Source: a virus
Virus record (IMG/VR): IMGVR_UViG_3300020473_000015
Direction: 5' to 3' (one strand)
Length of the DNA stretch: 64,000 nucleotides
The notes beneath the pieces are model-generated. The model ran no database searches, had not been told where the DNA came from, and saw only the letters and a program-made list of their open reading frames with translations. The position numbers and the translations under genes were made by a program. Shown here piece after piece: positions 1-7,317 of this stretch (position 1 is its first letter; each line of letters starts with the position of its first letter).

Positions 1-1
1 T

Positions 2-1270
2 GCTAAACAACCTAAAGAAGAAATATGTAATGGTTTAGATGATGACTGTGATGGGAAAGCTGATGAAGGATTAGATTGCCTCTGTACAAAACAAGATATT
101 GGCACTTTATTTAAATGTCAAGAAAGTCCTTTAGTTTGCGGAGCAGGATATAAAACATGTGAATGTGCAGATCCAAGCGATCCAACATGTTCAGAGTTAC
201 AATTAACTGAATGTTTGGCAACTTGCCATTGGTTCCCAGAAACAGTTCCGGCTGGTTCAACTTGTGATAAATATCTTGGAGAAATTAAACCGGAAGAGTG
301 TAATAACCATGATGATAACTGTAACCAACTAGTTGATGAAGATTTGTTTGCAAATTGTTATAGTGGCCCTCCGGAAACAATGCTAGTAGGTATATGTTTA
401 CCGGGGGTTATGACATGTTTAGAAGGATCGTGGGGAAATTATGATGATAATAATGATTTTATTAAGAAGCTCTGCTTAGGTGAAGTAGTGCCACAACCTG
501 AAGATATATGCAATGGTACAGATACAAACTGTGATGGTAAAATTGATGAAGATAAGGAATTAGAGCCAACAGACATTCTTTTTATTATTGATTTATCAGG
601 CTCTATGCAAGAAGAAATTAATGCTGTCACAACTGCTTTAAATAAATTTGCAACTCACTATAGCGATTCCGATGTTATAAAATGGGGCCTCGTATTTACC
701 GCATCAGCGACACCTCTTGGCGAGCGTGTTGTGCTAGCAACAGATTTAGTAGATTTTCAAACGTTTATGTCTATTTTTGAAAATTATGGATTCTCATTAA
801 TGGGTGGTGAAGAGCAAAACTACGATGCCATATATATGGCAATTCATAATTTGATCGGACCACAGGATTTGCCATACGCGTTGTCTGATTTAGAGTGGAA
901 AGGGCCTTACTCATGGTCAAATAGTCCCATAGATTCGTCACCTCCTAAAGATACTTGGAAAATAAGCTGGAGAAATGATGCAAAGCATGTGATAATTCTT
1001 TTTTCAGATGAAGAAGGGCAAACTTATCTAGAGCCAAAAATTACAGAAAATATTTTAGTCAATATGATTAATGCTGCTGATGAATTAGCTATATATGCCT
1101 TTACTCAAGATTGGCTGATAGATAGCGGAGCTTCAGACAATTATGTAGTTTTAACTCAAGCTGGAATGAAAGGTAAAGCCTATTACCTCACAATGAAGGC
1201 AATAGAGATGTACAACAATCTTCTTGAAATTCTTGATGAAACTGCTTGTGGCGGGAAAACGAATCCATGA
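2..1270 (+). CDS. 5'-partial Cys-rich (MopE-type putative metal-binding repeat) protein with C-terminal vWA domain
   Basis: The frame is open from base 2 (AKQPKEEICNGLDDDCDGKADEG...), upstream of the ORF-track start at 215. There are three C-N-x-x-D-x-x-C-D/N-x-x-x-D-E repeats and a vWA MIDAS motif ILFIIDLSGSM with downstream LFSDEE. Confidence 0.85.
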   Translation, partial: AKQPKEEICNGLDDDCDGKADEGLDCLCTKQDIGTLFKCQESPLVCGAGYKTCECADPSDPTCSELQLTECLATCHWFPETVPAGSTCDKYLGEIKPEECNNHDDNCNQLVDEDLFANCYSGPPETMLVGICLPGVMTCLEGSWGNYDDNNDFIKKLCLGEVVPQPEDICNGTDTNCDGKIDEDKELEPTDILFIIDLSGSMQEEINAVTTALNKFATHYSDSDVIKWGLVFTASATPLGERVVLATDLVDFQTFMSIFENYGFSLMGGEEQNYDAIYMAIHNLIGPQDLPYALSDLEWKGPYSWSNSPIDSSPPKDTWKISWRNDAKHVIILFSDEEGQTYLEPKITENILVNMINAADELAIYAFTQDWLIDSGASDNYVVLTQAGMKGKAYYLTMKAIEMYNNLLEILDETACGGKTNP

Positions 1271-1491
1271 GATACATCACCATCGCTAGTTTTTTAGTTG
1301 GTGTGATGATTTTAGGGTGTGAAATTGAAGATAAAATAGAAAAGGCTGCTGATAGATGTGAAGATAAAGTTGCAAAAGCATTAGAAAACATTGAAGATGC
1401 ATGTTTAACTAAAGAAGAAATTATAGAGCTTCTCTACTCTCTTAGAGATAATCCTAATACTGGTACTGATGGGGGAATATGTGATAATTGA
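1267..1491 (+). CDS. small lipoprotein with coiled coil
   Basis: ATG at 1267 overlaps the upstream TGA (ATGA). MRYITIASFLVGVMILGC is a signal peptide ending in lipobox ILGC, followed by a charged helical segment. Confidence 0.7.
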   Translation: MRYITIASFLVGVMILGCEIEDKIEKAADRCEDKVAKALENIEDACLTKEEIIELLYSLRDNPNTGTDGGICDN

Positions 1492-1520
1492 TTGACAAAC
1501 ATGTTTATATTTGATATTAT
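1492..1520 (+). promoter_or_regulatory. sigma70-type promoter (extended -10), probably leaderless
   Basis: TTGACA (1492-1497), 17 nt spacer, TGn-TATTAT (1515-1520). Predicted +1 coincides with the ATG at 1527. Confidence 0.7.
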
Positions 1521-1526
1521 ATTTAT

Positions 1527-1832
1527 ATGATAACTAATATTCTCAACACTTTGTTAATTTTTTCTCTAGTAATTTTCAGTCTCTCTGACTGTGCTACAAC
1601 AATGTACCTTGTATATGGAGAACATGCACGAGAAATTAATCCAATCCTAAAGCACGCTCTAGATATTGGCCCGTGGGCTTTTATTTTTGCAAAAATTGTT
1701 TTTACTACAATTTCTACTGTTATATTTTGGGCCTTGAAAGAGGAAAAAATAACTACCCCACTATTATTATTGTTAAATTACATTTATTTAACAGAAGTGC
1801 TTTATCAATATAAAATAATTTGTAACATCTAA
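1527..1832 (+). CDS. small membrane protein, DUF5658-like
   Basis: Three hydrophobic helices and the family-like pattern SD-x-x-TT...E-x-NP. Confidence 0.6.
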   Translation: MITNILNTLLIFSLVIFSLSDCATTMYLVYGEHAREINPILKHALDIGPWAFIFAKIVFTTISTVIFWALKEEKITTPLLLLLNYIYLTEVLYQYKIICNI

Positions 1833-1838
1833 TATAAG

Positions 1839-1851
1839 CTAACTATTTATA
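1839..1851 (+). promoter_or_regulatory. putative phage late promoter (CTAACTATTTATA)
   Basis: ACTATTTAT at 1842-1850, 4 nt before ATG 1855. The 12-mer CTAACTATTTAT is identical at 4586-4597. Confidence 0.6.
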
Positions 1852-1854
1852 TGC

Positions 1855-3552
1855 ATGAAGCATTTATTTGAGAATTGGCGCCAATATGTTAACGAGGATG
1901 TTGTAGATTTAGCCTCTCGCCGCAAAAAATCCGAAAAAGAATTTGTTTTTACAGACGCAGAACTTAATAGCCTTAATGACGCAATTGCTAGAGTTATTGA
2001 TGGCGCTAAAAAAGTTCTTGGCGCTGATGGTGAAACTCCATTCTTAAGTCCAGATTCATTAGAAAAAATTGAACTTGCACAACCAATGAGAATGGTCGCA
2101 GAGCAAACAGATGAAGAGCTTGGAATAACCCCATTTCAATCTTCACAAGCCTCTCCAGAACAAATGGCCCTTAGAAAACAATATTATGGACCAGAAGGAG
2201 AATTGACCAAAGGTGGACCTAAAGCAGTCAGAGGCTTAGAAAAAGGTTTAGGTCAAATGTCAGCAGAGGAATTTGAAGAAGCGGGATATGTTATTAAAGT
2301 TCCTCAAAGTGTTTTAAATGATTTTGGACAATTGGTTGAAAGCACAAAAGAAACCGCAGGTTTGTTTGAAGAAGCTAGAGATTGGTATCACAACATACGT
2401 GGATTGCTCGATAGAGAGACAGAGAACGACCGTGACAGCGCTTTATTAGGTCTTTTGATTGCTACCTACTCTCCACGCGCTAAGTTCGCTCTAAACCTCG
2501 CTGAAGCCGTCTTTATGTACAAAGCTGTACAAAGAGATGCACAGAATAATCCAGAAGGCTTAAGACAATATCTAGAAACATTTCCTGGATCTGAAAAAAG
2601 AGAACCAGGATCTTTTAGGGGTTTTACGGGTGCGCACAAAGTACCAAATTTCGCCCTTAATCTAGTTGCACCAAACTTAGCTGGTGAAAAAAGCGAGTTT
2701 GGAGATATTGTTTATAATGATCTCTATGAGTGGAATTCTACAATTGATACTTGGATGATAGACGCTTTTTATCCTTCGCTAAGAAAAGCATCAACAGCAA
2801 AAGAATGGGAAGGCATAAAAGGTAAATTAATGTCTAATGTAGTTTCTTATCGATATATGGCTAGATTAGTTGCAAAAGAAGCAAAAAATTTAAATTTATT
2901 GCCACATGAACTTCAAGCTTTAATTTGGGTTGCATCTCAAATTAGACAAACCGGTGAAGCAGGTTTAGGAGTGACTACACAATTTGCTTTTGATCAAATT
3001 AGAGAAGCAATAACGAACATTGCTGAGATTAATAATGATCTGCGCGCCCTTAAAGATCTAGAAGAGAAAGATTGGCTAGGTACAATTATTAGTACAATTG
3101 ATGTTGATGGTTTTGAAGAAGCAGCGAAATATCTTTTAGGAATTAAAGATGAGAAAGGGAAAATAACTACTCCCGGAATTAGGAGTATTACTGCCAGTGG
3201 AAAGAAAGGCTCAATGTTTGACTATTTCCCTGCCCCAGAGAAAGTGGAAAAACCAAAAGGGCCCAAAAAGGCTAAAAAGGCTAGCGCTCCGAAAGAAAAA
3301 GTAATGAAGCCATATGAAAATCCTGAATATGGGGATTTAAATGCGCACTATGTAATGAATAGTGTTATTCAGATGCCAACTGGTAAATTTAATAACCTAT
3401 ATGACTCCATAACTCTTTATTTGGATCCTGAATTTTCTACAGATAAAGCTGTAGAGCATATTTTAGGAAGGTTTGATCCCGAAGCGAAAGCTTCGAAAGA
3501 TTATTTTAAAGAAAATAAAATAAGAGTATTTATCCGTAAACGTTTATTATAG
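1855..3552 (+). CDS. DUF7178-like (possible HhH-GPD-fold) protein with N-terminal LFENW..E motif, probably virion-associated
   Basis: 565 aa ORF. Motifs WYH, ATYSPR...N, HKVPNF, TIDTWM and QALIWV occur in the order seen in DUF7178-type phage proteins. Confidence 0.55.
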   Translation: MKHLFENWRQYVNEDVVDLASRRKKSEKEFVFTDAELNSLNDAIARVIDGAKKVLGADGETPFLSPDSLEKIELAQPMRMVAEQTDEELGITPFQSSQASPEQMALRKQYYGPEGELTKGGPKAVRGLEKGLGQMSAEEFEEAGYVIKVPQSVLNDFGQLVESTKETAGLFEEARDWYHNIRGLLDRETENDRDSALLGLLIATYSPRAKFALNLAEAVFMYKAVQRDAQNNPEGLRQYLETFPGSEKREPGSFRGFTGAHKVPNFALNLVAPNLAGEKSEFGDIVYNDLYEWNSTIDTWMIDAFYPSLRKASTAKEWEGIKGKLMSNVVSYRYMARLVAKEAKNLNLLPHELQALIWVASQIRQTGEAGLGVTTQFAFDQIREAITNIAEINNDLRALKDLEEKDWLGTIISTIDVDGFEEAAKYLLGIKDEKGKITTPGIRSITASGKKGSMFDYFPAPEKVEKPKGPKKAKKASAPKEKVMKPYENPEYGDLNAHYVMNSVIQMPTGKFNNLYDSITLYLDPEFSTDKAVEHILGRFDPEAKASKDYFKENKIRVFIRKRLL

Positions 3553-3593
3553 AGTATGTTATTATGTAAGCATTAGATTTCTTTGGAGGGAAA

Positions 3594-4589
3594 ATGTTTG
3601 CAGATATTATTGTTGACTTACAATATGGAGATTGCGGAAAAGGAAAAGTAACACACGCTCTGTGTAAGAGGGGAAACTACACACATGTTATTAGATACAA
3701 TGGGGGATGTAATGCTGGTCATACAATCTTCCACAATGGGCATAAGTTCGTTACTCACCATATCCCTGCAGGAGTTTTTTTCAATATTAAGTCCATTATT
3801 GGCTCTGGCTGTGTACTCAATGTTAGCCAGTTTTTTAAAGAAATAAAAGAATTAGAAGATGGTGGAATTAAGACAGAAGGTCTTATTTATGTTGCAAAAA
3901 ATGCTCATATTATTACACAAGATCACCTTGATGAAGACGGGAAAGATACAGCGATTGGGACAACTAAGAGAGGAAATGGACCAGCTTATCGCGATAAGTA
4001 TGATAGAAAAGGCTTGAGAGCAAAAGACATTCCAGAACTTCGACCATATTTAATTGATCTATATGAAGAACTTCATATAAAAAATAAAGACTCAATAGTA
4101 TTATTTGAAGGCGCTCAAGGTTTTGGATTAGATATTGATTGGGGTGATTATCCTTACGTAACTTCTTCCAATTGTATTTCCGCTGCAGCATGTATGAATG
4201 CAGTTCCTCCACGAAATATTCGTCATATTTGGGGGGTGGCTAAGGCATATGAAACATATGTTGGAGCAAAAGAGTTTCAACCAAAGGGCGAAATATTTAA
4301 TAAAATCCAAGAAGTTGGTGAAGAATATGGAGCAACTACGGGCAGAAAACGTCAAGTTAATTGGATGGATATAAATTTTTTAAAAAAAGCAATTCAAATA
4401 AATGGTGTAACACATTTAGTTTTTAATAAGATGGATGTATTAACAGAAATAGAAAGTTGGTCATTGGTTGAAAATGACACGATGAAACGCTTTGATTCTG
4501 AAAAAGGCTTTACAGAATTTATTTTAAAATATCTCGTCCCCCAGAGATTACATCAAGTTCATTTTTCCCGCCATAAAGATAAGATCTAA
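3594..4589 (+). CDS. purA: adenylosuccinate synthetase (short, 331 aa)
   Basis: QYGDCGKGK, GGCNAGHT, IGTTKRGNGPAY, EGAQG, YPYVTSS, GATTGRKR and NKMD motifs. SD GGAGG upstream. Confidence 0.95.
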   Translation: MFADIIVDLQYGDCGKGKVTHALCKRGNYTHVIRYNGGCNAGHTIFHNGHKFVTHHIPAGVFFNIKSIIGSGCVLNVSQFFKEIKELEDGGIKTEGLIYVAKNAHIITQDHLDEDGKDTAIGTTKRGNGPAYRDKYDRKGLRAKDIPELRPYLIDLYEELHIKNKDSIVLFEGAQGFGLDIDWGDYPYVTSSNCISAAACMNAVPPRNIRHIWGVAKAYETYVGAKEFQPKGEIFNKIQEVGEEYGATTGRKRQVNWMDINFLKKAIQINGVTHLVFNKMDVLTEIESWSLVENDTMKRFDSEKGFTEFILKYLVPQRLHQVHFSRHKDKI

Positions 4590-4597
4590 CTATTTAT
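4586..4597 (+). promoter_or_regulatory. putative phage late promoter (CTAACTATTTAT)
   Basis: Exact copy of the 1839-1850 12-mer, 5 nt before ATG 4603, with no room for an SD. Confidence 0.6.
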
Positions 4598-4602
4598 TGC
4601 GT

Positions 4603-7305
4603 ATGAATTACGTAATAAATAATAATACTTCTTACGACCTTCAAAAATTAGAACAACTAGCAAGAGAATTTCTCCCCTTCGCTCAAAAAAGAATGGGGTT
4701 TAATAGACCTCCTGTAATTAATTTTGATTCGGATGAAGAAAACTCTTTAAACCCTCTAGGCAAAACTGGATATTATAGCCCTTCAGAAATGGCTATTACT
4801 ATAATGGTCGACAACCGACATATTAAAGATATTTTAAGATCTTTATCTCATGAATTAGTACACCACAATCAAAACTGTCGTGGAGACTTTAATAGAGAAT
4901 TTTCTACTAATCCTGGTTATGCTCAAAATAACGAATTTTTAAGAGGAATGGAAGACGAGGCTTACAGAGAGGGAAACTTTTGTTTGCGAGATTGGGAAGA
5001 TGGTATTAAATTGTCTGAAACAAAGAAGAATCAGCTTAATGAGACTATTTATAAACGTACCTTCATAAAAGGAGAGGTTAGCATGTCAACAAAACAATGG
5101 AAAGACAAAGAACTAAACAGCTTATTAATGGAAAAATGGGGATACAAACTCCCAGAAGCAGAAGAAAAATTAGAAGAAGATCTTCAACCTGCAATGAATC
5201 TTAGAGATTATAGTACTGCAGAAAAAGTTTTAGGCGAAAACGACGAAGAAGATTCCGACGAAGAAGTGACAGTAGAAGAAAGCACTAACCCTCTAAGCGT
5301 TGAAAATCGCACAAAAAACAATAAACCCGTCAAAGAATCAAAAAAAAAAAGTCTAAATAAAACAACGCTCTCCTATAGTGAAAAAATCCTACAAGAAAAA
5401 TTAAACAATAGAGATCCATTCTTTCTCTTTAACAATTGGAAATCCAATGAACCAAGTCTTTTAAAGGAATCTGGTGCTGTTGGAAAAGTTGCTAGCGAGG
5501 CTTTCGAGTGGGCCATGAAAAAGTCTGGAGGGGTTTCTGATATTGTTCCAGGTCTTGGGAAGGTTGGGAGAACCCAGTTGACGAAAGTGGACAATGCGCG
5601 AATTGATAAAATTGTTGGAGAAGGATTTGACGAGGCCCTAAAAAAAGGCAATTTAGATAAGATCAGAAATATGTGGGATAGCACTAAAAGACAATTGACT
5701 GATGATGCTCTAAAAAGTGGGGCTGGTAAAGAATTGGTAGATGACATTGTGGAGGCCTTGTCAAAAGATGCCAATGAAGTTTTTAAGAAAGCAGTAAAAA
5801 CCGACGCATTTAAAGAGATAATGGCAAAAAGTATTGCCCAAAGGGCCGATGATATCGCCACTAACAAAGAACTGTTTGAGGTGGCCGCAAACAAAATTAA
5901 AAAAAGCAATATTAAGCTCTCAAACTTAGATGAGGCAGATAGAATAGCAGCAATAAGAGGAAAACTGGGTGATGACGCGGCCGATGCCCTTGGGGACGAT
6001 GGCTTAAAGGCACTTGCAAAATCTGCAGATGACGTTGCTGATGCTGCCGATGATGCTGCTAAGGCTGCCGATGATGCTGCTAAGGCTGCCGATGATGCTG
6101 CAGAAGAAGTTGGAGGGGCCGCTGGAAAAACAGATGAGATTGCAGATGCAGGGAAGGCGGCCCAAAAAGCCGCCGATGATATGATGGATCGCGCAATGAA
6201 GTCAGCGGACGAGGTTCTTAAAAAGGGTAGAGTAAGAGCAAGATTAGATGAAAAAATTAAGGGTTGGGCAAAAGATACAGGAACCAGTAAAAAGAATTTA
6301 CGTTGGAACACTGAAGAATTTTTAAAAGGAAATCCAGGTCTTCAAAGAATTAAAGAACTTAATAAGTTTACAGATGATCAGTGGGATGAATTCATTGAAC
6401 AATTAGCCAAAAAGGAAACAAGAGGAGTCATTACTCGGTTCAGACATATTCTTAGCCAATGTAAGGGGCTTGCGAGAACTCCAGCATGCCTTACCGCTGC
6501 CAGCGTCTTGGGGGTGTTTGGTGTAGGTGCTACTGATACGTTAACGAGTGGTGAGGGAGATATTGGTGGAGGCTCTGGTGGAGGTTCTGGTGGAGGTTCT
6601 GGTGGAGGTTCTGGTGGAGGTTCTGGTGGAGGTTCTGGTGGAGGCGTTGCACCGACAGAAAAACAAAAACTAAATGACCTTTGGAGCAGGTGCCAACAAT
6701 CTAGTGGATGGGACTCAGAAGCTTGTCGAATATATCTTAGAGCTAAAAGTAATTTTGACAATAATATTGAAATAAGGGAACCATGGCCAAGTAGTGGATC
6801 TGATCGTCGGGCTGGTCGACCAACGCCGCGTGGCAAATTACCAAAAGCTGGAGATGCAGTACCGGGAATTCCCGGTGAAGTCTGGCCACATAAAAATGAG
6901 TGGGTCGGCTGGAGTTCGATGAAAGTTATAAGAAGACTCAGAGAACTTGGATTTGAATATGATAGTAGTAAAACTGCTGGTGGTTGGTGGAGAGCTTTAC
7001 CTCGTATGCACCCTGCAAGAGTGGCATATAGAACGTTCTGGAAAAAGGGCGCGGGGGCAAGAAGAAGAAAGAAGAGAAGAGACCCTCAAGAGATTGCAGC
7101 AGAGATGGACTCCAGACCTGATGCATATTGGGCCTCCGGGAAGGCAAAACACATTGTACCAAGCGAGCTAAACCCCCGAGAAAGGGCGTTAGTTCAAAAC
7201 TATACAGGAAAAACTTTCCCTGCAGGACAATCTGTAAGAAGAAGTGACTGGGCTGAAGAATTGAAAGCTGCAAAAGCAGAACATAAGAGATTTAACCCCA
7301 AATAA
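4603..7305 (+). CDS. multi-module protein: N-terminal zincin-like metallopeptidase (HELVH), acidic linker, helical repeat region, GGGS linker and basic C-terminal domain
   Basis: LSHELVHHNQ followed by a downstream EDEAY. The ATG at 4603 is preferred over the TTG at 4597. Confidence 0.75.
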   Translation: MNYVINNNTSYDLQKLEQLAREFLPFAQKRMGFNRPPVINFDSDEENSLNPLGKTGYYSPSEMAITIMVDNRHIKDILRSLSHELVHHNQNCRGDFNREFSTNPGYAQNNEFLRGMEDEAYREGNFCLRDWEDGIKLSETKKNQLNETIYKRTFIKGEVSMSTKQWKDKELNSLLMEKWGYKLPEAEEKLEEDLQPAMNLRDYSTAEKVLGENDEEDSDEEVTVEESTNPLSVENRTKNNKPVKESKKKSLNKTTLSYSEKILQEKLNNRDPFFLFNNWKSNEPSLLKESGAVGKVASEAFEWAMKKSGGVSDIVPGLGKVGRTQLTKVDNARIDKIVGEGFDEALKKGNLDKIRNMWDSTKRQLTDDALKSGAGKELVDDIVEALSKDANEVFKKAVKTDAFKEIMAKSIAQRADDIATNKELFEVAANKIKKSNIKLSNLDEADRIAAIRGKLGDDAADALGDDGLKALAKSADDVADAADDAAKAADDAAKAADDAAEEVGGAAGKTDEIADAGKAAQKAADDMMDRAMKSADEVLKKGRVRARLDEKIKGWAKDTGTSKKNLRWNTEEFLKGNPGLQRIKELNKFTDDQWDEFIEQLAKKETRGVITRFRHILSQCKGLARTPACLTAASVLGVFGVGATDTLTSGEGDIGGGSGGGSGGGSGGGSGGGSGGGSGGGVAPTEKQKLNDLWSRCQQSSGWDSEACRIYLRAKSNFDNNIEIREPWPSSGSDRRAGRPTPRGKLPKAGDAVPGIPGEVWPHKNEWVGWSSMKVIRRLRELGFEYDSSKTAGGWWRALPRMHPARVAYRTFWKKGAGARRRKKRRDPQEIAAEMDSRPDAYWASGKAKHIVPSELNPRERALVQNYTGKTFPAGQSVRRSDWAEELKAAKAEHKRFNPK
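5044..5053 (+). promoter_or_regulatory. internal putative late promoter (ACTATTTATA) followed by a strong SD
   Basis: Motif at 5044-5053, AAAGGAGAGG at 5068-5077, in-frame ATG at 5083. Confidence 0.6.
5083..7305 (+). CDS. nested in-frame product (MSTKQWKDKELNSLLMEKWGY...) lacking the peptidase domain
   Basis: Has its own promoter-like motif and SD, and is in frame with 4603..7305 (offset 480 nt). Confidence 0.6.
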   Translation: MSTKQWKDKELNSLLMEKWGYKLPEAEEKLEEDLQPAMNLRDYSTAEKVLGENDEEDSDEEVTVEESTNPLSVENRTKNNKPVKESKKKSLNKTTLSYSEKILQEKLNNRDPFFLFNNWKSNEPSLLKESGAVGKVASEAFEWAMKKSGGVSDIVPGLGKVGRTQLTKVDNARIDKIVGEGFDEALKKGNLDKIRNMWDSTKRQLTDDALKSGAGKELVDDIVEALSKDANEVFKKAVKTDAFKEIMAKSIAQRADDIATNKELFEVAANKIKKSNIKLSNLDEADRIAAIRGKLGDDAADALGDDGLKALAKSADDVADAADDAAKAADDAAKAADDAAEEVGGAAGKTDEIADAGKAAQKAADDMMDRAMKSADEVLKKGRVRARLDEKIKGWAKDTGTSKKNLRWNTEEFLKGNPGLQRIKELNKFTDDQWDEFIEQLAKKETRGVITRFRHILSQCKGLARTPACLTAASVLGVFGVGATDTLTSGEGDIGGGSGGGSGGGSGGGSGGGSGGGSGGGVAPTEKQKLNDLWSRCQQSSGWDSEACRIYLRAKSNFDNNIEIREPWPSSGSDRRAGRPTPRGKLPKAGDAVPGIPGEVWPHKNEWVGWSSMKVIRRLRELGFEYDSSKTAGGWWRALPRMHPARVAYRTFWKKGAGARRRKKRRDPQEIAAEMDSRPDAYWASGKAKHIVPSELNPRERALVQNYTGKTFPAGQSVRRSDWAEELKAAKAEHKRFNPK
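5340..5350 (+). repeat. A11 homopolymer tract
   Basis: Eleven consecutive A bases, the longest run noticed in the window. Both shifted frames stop within a few codons. Confidence 0.9.
6043..6102 (+). repeat. 21-bp coding tandem repeat (AADDAAK x ~3)
   Basis: GCTGCCGATGATGCTGCTAAG twice, plus a third partial copy. Confidence 0.9.
6565..6645 (+). repeat. 12-bp coding tandem repeat (GGGS x6 + GGG)
   Basis: GGTGGAGG(T/C)TCT x6, followed by GGTGGAGGC. Confidence 0.95.
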
Positions 7306-7317
7306 GGATAATAGACA

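Noticed and set aside
1267-1491. Spanin or lysis cassette
   Set aside because: The lipoprotein is compatible with an o-spanin, but no adjacent holin, endolysin or i-spanin gene was found.
3594-4589. PurZ / 2-aminoadenine (Z-DNA) pathway
   Set aside because: The P-loop keeps Asp13 (GDCGKGK) where PurZ has Ser, the GTP-type NKxD motif is present, and no dATPase or MazZ-like neighbours are seen.
5373-6836. Long minus-strand ORFs (312 aa and 152 aa)
   Set aside because: Antisense shadows of the Ala/Asp- and Gly-rich repeats (poly-PPEP is the reverse of GGGS). No SD, and fully overlapping a better + strand gene.
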